In this document: positions 28,331 to 38,300 of the stretch, one piece after another
Position numbering within the stretch: the first letter of the stretch is position 1
How the letters are laid out: each line of letters opens with the position of its first letter
Source: Myxococcota bacterium
Lineage (GTDB): Bacteria; Myxococcota_A; SURF-8; G963663525
Assembly: GCA_963676915.2 (NCBI GenBank)
Contig: CAXXVK010000031.1
Span: 28,646 to 92,645, forward strand
Direction: 5' to 3'
Length of the DNA: 64,000 bases
Notes under the pieces: model-generated
What the model was told of the DNA's origin: nothing
Database searches by the model: none
The model's input: the letters and a program-made list of their open reading frames with translations, nothing else
Position numbers and translations under genes: made by a program

Positions 28331-29467
28331 CTACTGAATAAGAACTTCGAGCAGTGCCTCTTTGAGCGATTTCCTGATTTCTTCCAGAAAAGGAAAAAGC
28401 GCTTTGAAGTGCGTGTTGGGGATTTCGTCCGGGTTGAACCACTCAAGCTTTCTGGCATAAGATTCTTTTATCCAGTCCTGTCCGGTGGTCTCGGTTACGC
28501 CCAGTATCATGCGCGCGCTGCGTTTCCCGATCCGGTCGTACATGGTTTTGAACTGGTTTAAATAATTTTTGTCTTTTTGGCTCAGATCGACATTGGTTCG
28601 CAGGTGAAACAGAATCATATCCATAGATTCCGTTTGATGGGCGGCAACCTCGGCCTGAGGGGAGGGCAAAATATCACTTGGATGACTCAATTCACCATGC
28701 TTCGGGAGGGGAATCATGCCCGATTCAGGGGCTTGCGGCGTTTCGATTACGGCCAGACCTTCCACGGCCAGCAGCATTCCCACGAGGGCAATCACTTCCA
28801 CTTTTTCCAGTTTTCCCATTTTGTAGATTTCCCGGTAGCCAAACGGCGCTCTCATTTTGCGAAGCACCTGTTTGATATGAACCGGGATTTCCATTTGGGA
28901 AACCAGAGATTGAAACATTTTATCGGGAATCAGGAGTTTTCCATTCATCGCAGCGCGAAGCGTATTGTATTCGGAGGCGCGCTTGAAGTGGCGATGGATG
29001 AAGTACAGGAGCATGTAAATGTTAATCCTGCGAGAAACCACGGGAATGCGATCTTTATAATCGTATTTTATCCCCCACGTTCCTTTGTGTAACGTTGTCA
29101 ACTTGCCGATTTTTCGCAAAATCGAGCCGATCACCGCCCGATCGTATTCCCGCCGGTTGACGACACCTTTTCCAAGCAGATAATCACCCAGTGGAATCCC
29201 CGCTGCGATGGCTTCATCTGCAATCGCTTCCAACTTGGATTCCTTCATTTTCTGGGTCTGTGCGATCAGCCGGGTGAGTTCGGCATATTTGAATCCGGTG
29301 CGAACTGCAACGGGTTCGCCTTCTTTGAGCCAGATTTCGCTTCGGGTGTCATTCACCATGATATCGATCCGGCAGCGTTTGCGACCAAGAAATTGCTCGA
29401 AAAGCAGTTTTTCCAAGGACGGTTCCCCAAGCTGTCCTTCTTTGCTGTAACGGATCGGTCCACGCAC
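28331..29467 (-). CDS. DUF4388/PATAN-like protein with C-terminal degenerate J-domain
   Basis: EGQLGEPSLEKLL, IWLKEGEPV, PLGDYLLGKG; C-terminal ILGV...IKESY...WFNPD; start uncertain (GTG 29467). Confidence 0.65.
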   Translation of the reverse strand: MRGPIRYSKEGQLGEPSLEKLLFEQFLGRKRCRIDIMVNDTRSEIWLKEGEPVAVRTGFKYAELTRLIAQTQKMKESKLEAIADEAIAAGIPLGDYLLGKGVVNRREYDRAVIGSILRKIGKLTTLHKGTWGIKYDYKDRIPVVSRRINIYMLLYFIHRHFKRASEYNTLRAAMNGKLLIPDKMFQSLVSQMEIPVHIKQVLRKMRAPFGYREIYKMGKLEKVEVIALVGMLLAVEGLAVIETPQAPESGMIPLPKHGELSHPSDILPSPQAEVAAHQTESMDMILFHLRTNVDLSQKDKNYLNQFKTMYDRIGKRSARMILGVTETTGQDWIKESYARKLEWFNPDEIPNTHFKALFPFLEEIRKSLKEALLEVLIQ

Positions 29468-29483
29468 GATAAAATACCCGTTG

Positions 29484-30572
29484 TTACATTTCAGAGATAT
29501 CCGGGCAACCTTCGTCGCTGGGAGCCACATAGATTCCAGGTCCGGCATACCCGCTACACGAATTGATATGTTCGATGTCGAAGTTGTATTCTACAGGATC
29601 TTCACCATCCACAGGACATCGAATGCGAATCACGCCCGTTGCAAGGCTGTACCCGTACCAGCCAATAGTGTTACCATCGATGTCGGAGTATCTCATAATG
29701 CCACCGGCGGATGTATCGACCATGATCTTCACGAAAAGCTGACCGTCTTTGTAAAACTCGTGGGTATTGTAATTGTCGAAGTAACGGACCCAGATGTCGT
29801 TGGTTCCCGCGAAAGAATACTGATAGCCGGGAGTTTCACCGGCAGCTTTGTCACAAGCCGCCCATTCCAACCCCTGAAGGGCTATGATGGGTTGCATAAC
29901 CTCGAATATACAGGAAGAATTGTAGGTCTGGCAGTCGTAGACCTCTTCGCTGGTATCGCCGTCCGCCACTTCGCTGACGCAGATTCCGCCATCGCAATTG
30001 TAGCCTTCTTCGCACTGCGTGTTCTGAGTGCAGTTGTCGCATTCATATTGAACGTTGCAGTAGCCGGTCTCCGCACAATCCGAACCTTCCCAGCATTCGG
30101 GAATAATACAATAACCCAGTACGTCTGCTGTGGAACCCGGCTTTTTCAAACAAGCCGAACCATCGTGTTCACAGTCCGCCAAAGCGTTGCAGCACTGATC
30201 GCGGCAGACACCTTCCGAACAGATTTGTGCTTCCGGGCAATCGGTGTCGGCTGAACAGTTTTTCGGTACGCAGCATCCGAGATCCGGATCGCAGATTTCC
30301 TGGTTATCCGAATCGCAGTCACGATAGGTCGAGCAGGATTTGCAGGAGAGGCAATTTCGATTTTCACCGCAATATTCGAGCTTTTTACATTCTGCGTTGG
30401 AGTCGCAGTGCTCCGTCTGATCTTCATCCTGGCAACTCAGTCCCATTTGAGACGTGGTATCGTTGTCTCCACCGTCGGGTGTGCCGTCGCTGTCATCGTC
30501 CCCACAGGAAACGAAAGAAAAGAGTGCGACCAGAATTAAAACAAAAAACCAGGAGCCGCTACGCATCTTCAT
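29484..30572 (-). CDS. Cys-rich lipoprotein with C-terminal beta-rich domain
   Basis: Lipobox FVSC, acidic tether, ~6 C-x4-DC-x4-C-x4-C repeats, SD GGAGG. Confidence 0.82.
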   Translation of the reverse strand: MKMRSGSWFFVLILVALFSFVSCGDDDSDGTPDGGDNDTTSQMGLSCQDEDQTEHCDSNAECKKLEYCGENRNCLSCKSCSTYRDCDSDNQEICDPDLGCCVPKNCSADTDCPEAQICSEGVCRDQCCNALADCEHDGSACLKKPGSTADVLGYCIIPECWEGSDCAETGYCNVQYECDNCTQNTQCEEGYNCDGGICVSEVADGDTSEEVYDCQTYNSSCIFEVMQPIIALQGLEWAACDKAAGETPGYQYSFAGTNDIWVRYFDNYNTHEFYKDGQLFVKIMVDTSAGGIMRYSDIDGNTIGWYGYSLATGVIRIRCPVDGEDPVEYNFDIEHINSCSGYAGPGIYVAPSDEGCPDISEM

Positions 30573-30909
30573 GCCAAACCTCCGGATCGGGCGTTAAAGT
30601 CAACTATCTTTTTACAACAAAAGGAACAACAAAGAAAAACAATTGCACCTTTTTACGTCAATCGCTTCCAGAAGGTCAATGGAAGTTTTTTGTTCACAGT
30701 CGGCACAACACGAAAATTCAAGTGAAAACTTTCGTGTTGGAGTTCGCTGATCCGAGATGTTTTCATGGGATTTTCATTGGAAATCTTTACGAAAATTCGG
30801 TCAAGCACCGTCCAAAAAAGTTCAGGATGTCTTTGAAGTAGAGTGACGATACTTAATATATTTTATTGATATCGTTGAGGAATTTCATTTTTCACGGAAG
30901 TGATTAAAT

Positions 30910-30939
30910 TTGACAGGAAGTAGTTTTTCCGAGTATACA
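30910..30939 (+). promoter_or_regulatory. Putative sigma70 promoter of the M23-lgt operon
   Basis: TTGACA, 18-nt spacer, TATACA in an AT-rich divergent intergenic region. Confidence 0.4.
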
Positions 30940-31014
30940 GGCAAACAATGAAATATTTTCCTTTATTTGTTTGTTGTAAAAATCAACAAGCTTTCCTTGT
31001 GAAGCAGAAATAGA

Positions 31015-31986
31015 ATGGCAGGCAAAAAAGCGAAAAAGGAACAAAACCGCTGGTCGAACGGCTTTTCTGTAAAGCTGTTTCCCATCAATGCTCCCAGACC
31101 AACGGAATTCCTGGTAAAACCTTGGCATATCAAGGCTTTGACTGTTCTCATGTTTCTGCTTGTCGGTGGTATTCTCGCCTCCGGCACCTACCTGTATTTC
31201 AGTCCCGACGCTGAAAAAGAAAACCGCCGCCTCAAGGTTGCGAACCTGGAGCTTCAAGCACAACTCCAGAAAATGGGTAATAAAATCGATCGGTTGGATA
31301 AAACTATCGAGCGAGTCCAGCGATTCAGTGCGAAATTGCATGTGCTGACCGATATCCCCGGCAGTGAAGGCGCGTTGGCAATGGGGCCGCTTTCTCAGGC
31401 AGAGATGGTTGTTGCCGAGGGAAATTACGGGTTGTTGAATCCGGCCATGGCCAGTAAGTTGACAGAGAAATTCGGGGGCTTGGACAGCCTTGACGTGCTC
31501 GACGAACTCAATCGCGTATTGGGACAGGCCAAAGACCAGGAAAGGGAACTTGCCGAAATTAGCAGTTTCCTCGAAAACAATCGCTTGCGTCTAAGCAGTA
31601 TTCCAAGCATCTGGCCGGTAAAAGGTTGGATTTCCTCCAGTTTCGGCTATCGTCTTTCACCGTTTACCGGAGAACGTCGATTCCACGAAGGATTGGATAT
31701 TTCCGCTCCTCGCCTTACCCCGATTCTCGCTCCTTCGGAAGGTGTCGTAACCTACCGTGGAGAACGTAGCGGGTATGGCAAAGTGCTGGTGATTGACCAC
31801 GGCTTCAATATTTCGACGCGGTACGCGCATTTGTCGGAATTTTTCGTCAAGGTCGGCGATCGCATCAAGCGTGGACAGAAAATCGGAAGCGTTGGTAACA
31901 CAGGTCGCTCGACCGGTCCACACTTGCATTACGAAGTCCGTGTCCACAATATTCCTCAAAATCCCATGCGGTTCATACTCGATTGA
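31015..31986 (+). CDS. M23 family metallopeptidase (TM, coiled coil, LytM domain)
   Basis: PSIWPVKG, HEGLD, GYGK, YAHL, GNTGRSTGPHLHYEV. Confidence 0.93.
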   Translation: MAGKKAKKEQNRWSNGFSVKLFPINAPRPTEFLVKPWHIKALTVLMFLLVGGILASGTYLYFSPDAEKENRRLKVANLELQAQLQKMGNKIDRLDKTIERVQRFSAKLHVLTDIPGSEGALAMGPLSQAEMVVAEGNYGLLNPAMASKLTEKFGGLDSLDVLDELNRVLGQAKDQERELAEISSFLENNRLRLSSIPSIWPVKGWISSSFGYRLSPFTGERRFHEGLDISAPRLTPILAPSEGVVTYRGERSGYGKVLVIDHGFNISTRYAHLSEFFVKVGDRIKRGQKIGSVGNTGRSTGPHLHYEVRVHNIPQNPMRFILD

Positions 31987-32795
31987 TTCCTTATCTTACG
32001 ATCCCAAGGTTCGAACTCGGTCCCATCGTGATCGATCACTTCATGGTGCTTGTGGCGACGGCGGTCATCGTCGGAGTCGTGCTGTATGACCGTATCCTGC
32101 TGCGCGGCGGCGTAAATGTACGAGTCGGACGTAATATGGTGGAAGTGTGTCTTGCGGGAGGATTCATCGGGGCACACCTTGTCCATGTATTGATCTATCA
32201 TCCTTGGCTATTGGAAAACGATCCCTGGGTGCTGTTGTATTTCTGGTCGGGCTTGTCCTCGATCGGTGGTTTTTTCGGCGGTGCGCTGGCAGGATACGTT
32301 TATCTGCGTATCAAAAAGCATCCTATCGTTCCCATTGGCGACCGCCTGTTGCTGGCTTTGCTGGGAGCGTGGAATTTCGGACGTCTCGGGTGTACTTTTG
32401 CACACGATCATCCCGGTATTCCTACCGATTTCTTCCTGGGAGTGCAATTTCCAGACGGCGTTGTCCGACATGATTTGGGGTTTTATGAATTCCTCTGGGC
32501 CGTGGCTCTTAGTATCGTCGCGTTTACTCTGGCCCGAAAACCTCGTCGAGAAGGTTTTTTCATGGGGCTGATTTTGACGACGTACGCTCCGTTGCGTTTC
32601 TTTTTCGATTTTCTTCGAGTCACAGAAGGAAAGTGGGCCGATATCCGTTTTATCGGTTTGACGCCCGCCCAATATGGAACGATTGTGCTGTTCGGTTTCG
32701 GATTATGGTTGCTGATTCGTCAGAGAAAACGCCCCTTGCACCCCCCGTTTTTCGGAAAAAGACCCATTGGAAAGACTTTTTCGGGAAACGAATAA
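31983..32795 (+). CDS. lgt: Prolipoprotein diacylglyceryl transferase
   Basis: GLSSIGGFFG, GRLGC...HDHPG, HDLGFYE, RFFFDFLR, LTPAQ. Confidence 0.88.
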   Translation: MIPYLTIPRFELGPIVIDHFMVLVATAVIVGVVLYDRILLRGGVNVRVGRNMVEVCLAGGFIGAHLVHVLIYHPWLLENDPWVLLYFWSGLSSIGGFFGGALAGYVYLRIKKHPIVPIGDRLLLALLGAWNFGRLGCTFAHDHPGIPTDFFLGVQFPDGVVRHDLGFYEFLWAVALSIVAFTLARKPRREGFFMGLILTTYAPLRFFFDFLRVTEGKWADIRFIGLTPAQYGTIVLFGFGLWLLIRQRKRPLHPPFFGKRPIGKTFSGNE

Positions 32796-32905
32796 CATGG
32801 AAACTTCACTGAAACGATAGAAATCCTTGCCAATCTCGGTTGGATTCTTTACAAAGAATCTGGGTTCGATACAATGAGCCTGCTCCTGAGTGCGGAGGAT
32901 GAAAC

Positions 32906-33262
32906 ATGTCGAAGAAAAAGTTTCCCGAACCGGTGACTACGTTTGTCAAGGACTTGCACCTCGGCTCTTTGCCGTTTTCCAAACGTAGCGAAAAGTCAAA
33001 ACATCGCCGGAAAAGCTCCCGAAAAAAGGAAGAACCTCGGGATTGGGAACTGGAAACTTTTTACGCAGTGGAAGAACTGGTTAAGCAATGGAAGCACTCT
33101 GATACGGAGTTGGATGTATACCTCGACCGCGTTATGGCTAAAGCCGTGGGCAAAGGAGGCAAACGTCCGAAACACCAAATTAAAGAGTTACGGCGCCGAG
33201 TGTCCGATCTCAACCGTCGCTGTGACCTTCTTGAAATGAAATTGGCCGACAACACCAAGTAA
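32906..33262 (+). CDS. Hypothetical basic protein with C-terminal coiled coil
   Basis: SD GGAGG; 118-aa ORF 16 nt upstream of folE2. Confidence 0.65.
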   Translation: MSKKKFPEPVTTFVKDLHLGSLPFSKRSEKSKHRRKSSRKKEEPRDWELETFYAVEELVKQWKHSDTELDVYLDRVMAKAVGKGGKRPKHQIKELRRRVSDLNRRCDLLEMKLADNTK

Positions 33263-33278
33263 CGACAGGCGGAATTAG

Positions 33279-34088
33279 ATGGACAGAGAGGAACAGTACA
33301 ACGTAGTCGCGGATGTCCAGATGCAGGCCGATGATCGCGAACTTCCCATCGATCAGGTCGGAGTGAAGAATCTCCGATACCCGATCAAAATCAAAGAAAA
33401 GGGCGGCGGCTGGCAGCGTACCGTCTCGGCCGTCGATATGTCGGTGAGACTTCCTCAGCAGTTCAAAGGTACGCATATGAGCCGTTTTATTTCGATTCTC
33501 AACGAGTTTCGTGGGAGAATCGAAATCCGGGCCATCGGCCAGGTGCTCGAAGCCATGAAGGAGAAACTTCAGGCGGATTCGGTCAACATTGAAATGAAAT
33601 TTCCGTATTTCATCGAAAAACGCGCCCCCGTGACCGGCGTTTCTGGAATGATGGATTACGATTGCTGGTACACCGGTTCACTGGATCAGGACGACGAATT
33701 GCGTCTTAGTTTCGGTGTTCACGTTCCGGTGACGACGGTCTGTCCCTGTTCGAAGGAAATTTCCGACCGTGGTGCACACAATCAACGTTGCCGCGTTCGG
33801 GTGGATCTAGAAAGTCACAAATTGTTCTGGATAGAAGATCTGATCGCTCTGATCGAAAGCTGCGGAAGCTGTGAACTGTTTGCGCAACTCAAGCGTCCCG
33901 ATGAAAAATGGATCACCGAGCACGCCTACGACAAGCCGCGTTTCGTCGAAGATATCGTGCGAGAAGTGGCAAAAAACCTGCGAGACGATCCTTCCGTGTC
34001 GTATTGCAGAGTCGAAGCGGAAAGCGCAGAGTCGATTCACAATCATGAGGCGTACGCTATCATCGAAATCGATCGGAGAGAGCGGTAA
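33279..34088 (+). CDS. folE2: GTP cyclohydrolase IB (FolE2)
   Basis: DVQ, KGTHMSRF, TTVCPCSKEISDRGAHNQR, LKRPDEK, FVEDIVR, ESIHNHEAYA. Confidence 0.96.
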   Translation: MDREEQYNVVADVQMQADDRELPIDQVGVKNLRYPIKIKEKGGGWQRTVSAVDMSVRLPQQFKGTHMSRFISILNEFRGRIEIRAIGQVLEAMKEKLQADSVNIEMKFPYFIEKRAPVTGVSGMMDYDCWYTGSLDQDDELRLSFGVHVPVTTVCPCSKEISDRGAHNQRCRVRVDLESHKLFWIEDLIALIESCGSCELFAQLKRPDEKWITEHAYDKPRFVEDIVREVAKNLRDDPSVSYCRVEAESAESIHNHEAYAIIEIDRRER

Positions 34089-34119
34089 ACAAAGGTTGTT
34101 TCACCCATTCCGATAAATT

Positions 34120-34149
34120 TTGCAATCCTGATAAATTTGGTGCTATGCT
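34120..34149 (+). promoter_or_regulatory. Putative sigma70 promoter of the TPR lipoprotein gene
   Basis: TTGCAA, 18-nt spacer, TATGCT with extended TG; GATAAATTT direct repeats flank the -35. Confidence 0.45.
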
Positions 34150-34325
34150 TCGGTCTCGCCATGTTTCGAGTCTGAAACGTATTTCCGTATGGGCGGGGAA
34201 TGAAAAGGAATGTATTTTCACCCGCTGTTTCGGATCGACCGACGGATGGATTTTTTCGTTGGAATGAGTCGTTTCGAAATCCATGCGCGTGTATGGCGCA
34301 ATCAAAAAAGGGGAAAGGTGAGCCA

Positions 34326-35150
34326 TTGAAAGCGAGCACTAGAATTAAAAAAATTATTTCCATGGTAGCGGTCTGGTCGTTGCTGATCGTGTTCTGCGGT
34401 GGGGCGATGTGCGGCAAGCATCGGAAAGTCGATGAAAAAGATGCGGAAGCCTCCGATAGCCATTACCAGCTTGCTTTGAATTTCTATCAGCAAGGCAACA
34501 CCATCGAAGCTTTGAAAACGCTGGAACAAGCTGAAGAACTCAATCCGAACAACCAAGATGCCCAATATCTTTACGGAATTATTTATTTGGGAAAGAAAAT
34601 TTACGACAAATCCGAAGCCGCTTTCAAACGCGCCATCGAAATCGACCCCGATTTTTCAGATGCTTATAACGGTCTGGGAGCCGTCTATATCGATCAGAAA
34701 CAATGGCAAAAAGCCATCGATATTCTGCAAAAACCCTCTTCGGATATCCTCTATCCTTACCGCGACAAAGTATACGACAACCTCGGCTGGTGTCATCACA
34801 AACTTGGTGAAAGCGAAAAAGCTGCAGACTACCTGATCCAAGCCTGCCACGAAAATCCGAAAAACTGTCATGCCTGGTACAATCTTGGGCGAGTGCATCG
34901 TGATGCCGGTAAGTTTGCAGAAGCTGTTCGAGCTTTTGCGAAATCGACGAGTGCAGACAAAACCTGTACGAATTTCCTGGAAGGACAGTACGAACTTGCC
35001 ATGGCGGCTATCAAAGCTGGAGACCACGATACTGCGCGACCTGCGTTGATGAAATGCATGACGTTGGCCAAAGATACGGAACGCGGTGCAACCTGCAAAC
35101 GCTATCTGGAAACGCTTCCCGAAAAACATAACGATATCATCGTGAAATGA
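34326..35150 (+). CDS. TPR lipoprotein, Tgl/PilF (secretin pilotin)-like
   Basis: Signal ending GGAMC; ~6 TPRs (HYQLAL, AQYLYG, AYNGLG, DILYP..VYDNLG, CHAWYNLG); start uncertain (TTG 34326). Confidence 0.8.
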   Translation: MKASTRIKKIISMVAVWSLLIVFCGGAMCGKHRKVDEKDAEASDSHYQLALNFYQQGNTIEALKTLEQAEELNPNNQDAQYLYGIIYLGKKIYDKSEAAFKRAIEIDPDFSDAYNGLGAVYIDQKQWQKAIDILQKPSSDILYPYRDKVYDNLGWCHHKLGESEKAADYLIQACHENPKNCHAWYNLGRVHRDAGKFAEAVRAFAKSTSADKTCTNFLEGQYELAMAAIKAGDHDTARPALMKCMTLAKDTERGATCKRYLETLPEKHNDIIVK

Positions 35151-35300
35151 AGTAAATTCCTGTCGATTCTTCTTTTTTACGACGAAAAGAGAAACCTTCT
35201 GTGGAGATTTTCTCCGAAAGGGTTTCGTTTGTCTGCGATAGCTTCTATAATCCGTCGCATCAGGATGAAGCTAGGCTCCGGTGCTTTCCACGTGTAGACT

Positions 35301-38300
35301 ATGGCCATTTTTCGATATCCACAGTTCGGGTGTTTTCGGCAGGTTACTGCCAATGCATTGATTTGTCTGTGGATCACTCTGTTTGCAACGATTTTCCCTG
35401 TTCAGCTCAAAGCGGAGGACGAAACGTCTTCCGAGACACCCGAAGAGAACGTGCGTGTGGAGTACGTGCTCGATCAACCCACCGAAGACGAAGAACTGAA
35501 CCTGTTTCTCAAGGAACTTAATGCCTCTACTTCTGGTGAGGATCTGACCCCCGAGAATCTCGAAGCGATTCAAAGCCATATCGGAACGTTATTTGCCTCC
35601 GGATATTTCTCGCAGATTCGTGCGCAGAAAGTGGAAGAAGGCGGAAAGTCCTGGCTGCGGTTCGAGGTCGCACCGAAAATCCGCATCGACGGCATAATTA
35701 TTATCGGGAACAATACCGTTTCCGATGAAAACATTCGCAATGTGTTGACATTACAGGAAAACGGTGCGGTTTTCGAAGGAGATCTCGACCGGGAAATCAA
35801 GAAAATCGAGCGCTTGCTGTTGTTGCACGGGTTTCCCAATGCGCTGGTGCTGGCGAGGCTCGTTGAACTGACGCCGTATCGCGCACTGTTGGATTTCTTC
35901 ATCGACGAACGAGAGCCGGTACAGGTTACGAAGATTTCATTTGAGGGAGAACCTCACTTCTCAAAAGAGGTGTTGCGGAGTCGATTTCCCATTCGTATCG
36001 GCGAACGAGTGGACATGGAACGCCTCCGAACCGCCGTACGGAAGTTGAGAAGTTACTACCGCTCGAAAAGGTTCGAAGAAGTACGCATCCTGTTGCCCGA
36101 AGCTTCGTTGGACACGGAGAAGGGCCGGGATATGCTGTTGAAAGGCATCGTTCGGCTCGATATCCGTTCGGGAAAACCGATCGAGTTCAAATTCCTGGGA
36201 AATCACCTGTATTCCCCCAAAGAATTGCGGGCAGCCATCGAACCGGATCTCAACCCTGTTTTGTCAAAACCTGAAGTGCTCAATCCTTCGAACCGGGAAC
36301 GTAGCCCGAAGGCTATGAACCGTGACTGGTTGTTTGGCGGATATTCGAAGAAAAAGGTGGCCGAAGAAGAAGACGAGTCGTTGGGTTCGGCTCTAATTAC
36401 AACCTACACCAATGCTACCTGTGCACGGTTGGCGGAGAGGTTGCGCGAGTTCTACAAGAAACAAGGCTATCTCTTCGTGAAAATTCGCTACAGAGTGGTC
36501 AAAAAAGAGCGGAAAAAGACCATTTTGTTCGATATCCGGGAAAATCGGCGGGTGAAAGTCGATGAGATCCGTTTCCGAGGGAACGAGGCCGTGGAATCCG
36601 AGGTGTTAAAGCGTGAATTACAAGCTTACGTAAGAGAAAAGCTGACCACAGGCGAAGAAGATGAAATGGGTCCGCCCGATCCTGAAAGTATGGACCACAA
36701 GGTGTATTGGGGACATCCTTATTATAGAACCCGCTTCAAAGCTTCGCCCCCTGCTTATTATCGACCGGCCAAGATTCAATCGGATCGGCTGTTTCTGCCG
36801 GAATTGTACGAGCAAGCCGCCGAAAACCTTAAAGTTTTCTACATGGAACGTGGCTATTTGAATGCTCGTGTAACGCCTCCGGGAACTCGGTTTCGTTACA
36901 AGCGCTCCAGAGTCGATTTGGATCTTGCCATCGACGAGGGCAAGCAGACCCGCATTGCAGAAGTTCGTATCGCCGGTAATGAAGCCTTTGCCGCCGAAAC
37001 GTTGTTTAAGGAATCCGGATTGAGGATTGGCAAGCCACTGAATCCTCTACGTTTTTCGGATATCGAAAAGAAGCTTAAAGATTTTTATGATGCTTCCGGG
37101 TACATCTATGCGGATGTCGATATCAGCTATACGTTGCCGCAATCAACGGAAGACGCTCGGGTGTTGATCGCTGTCCGGGAGGGCGTGCAGGCTCAATACG
37201 GACAGATTGTCGTTGCGGGTGCGCGCAAGACCCGAACGTCGGTAATCAAGAGGGAGCTTACTTTCCGCCCCTTTGATGTGTACGACCCGGAAGAAATCGA
37301 GCGATCCAGCTATTATTTGCGTCGAATGGATCTATTTCAATCCACTCGAATCCAGCCTTGGGAGCCGGAAAAAGAAGAAGTCTACAAGCGTATCGTCGTG
37401 CGAGTCAAAGAACGCACGCTAAGCAGTTACGAGCTTTCGGCAGGTGTGGCGACCGATGACGGCTTGCGCGGCGGTGCTGGATATCTCTATCGGAACCTTT
37501 TCGGTATCGGACTGGAATTCCGTGCGCGAGCGAAAGCGAATCACCGCATTATGCAGCTTCTCGATCCAGGATTTCGGGAAGTGTATCGTCGAAAAAGTTT
37601 CAAGGATCTGTTGGAAAGGAAAATCTCGCTCGGTTTGCGCTATCCCTCCATTTACGGAACCCACATCGGTACCAACCTGGAAGTCGTGCATTTGCGCCGT
37701 CAGGAACGGGCGTATGGATTGGATAAAAACTCGATCGTTCTTTCCTTCGATACCGAAATCGGTCGGCAGCTTTCCTTGGTGCAGATCAACGAATGGTCTT
37801 TGCAGGATTCGGAAAGTACCTACGTAGCCGGAACGGGAGTAGAAGATACCGCCAGGCCGGATGAACGCCCACCGTCATCTTCAACGATCAGCGATCTGTA
37901 CCGGTATCGACCGCCGGAGGGGCGTAGCTGGGAGTATTCTCCGAAATTCCGTTTGACCTACGACCTGCGGGACAGCCTTTTCGAGCCTACAAGGGGAGTT
38001 GTTTTTACATTGTTGGCCGAATGGTTCGAAACTCTCAGTGGATTGAACGCCGATCTGATGCGAAATCAGGTTGGTGGCGCCGTGTATATCCCTTTGAGTC
38101 AAAGTCGAAAACCCTGGGTGATCAAAGTTGCGGCCAAAGGCGGTTGGATTCACAACTTCGGTAAAAGGGAAACTCCCATCGATAAACTGTTCAAGCTCGG
38201 TGGTCGAACCACCATACGTGGATTTTCGGAACAACAAGTCTATCCGCTGGATATGAGCGATGAGGAAAAACAGATCATCATCTGGAACGACGAACCTTCC

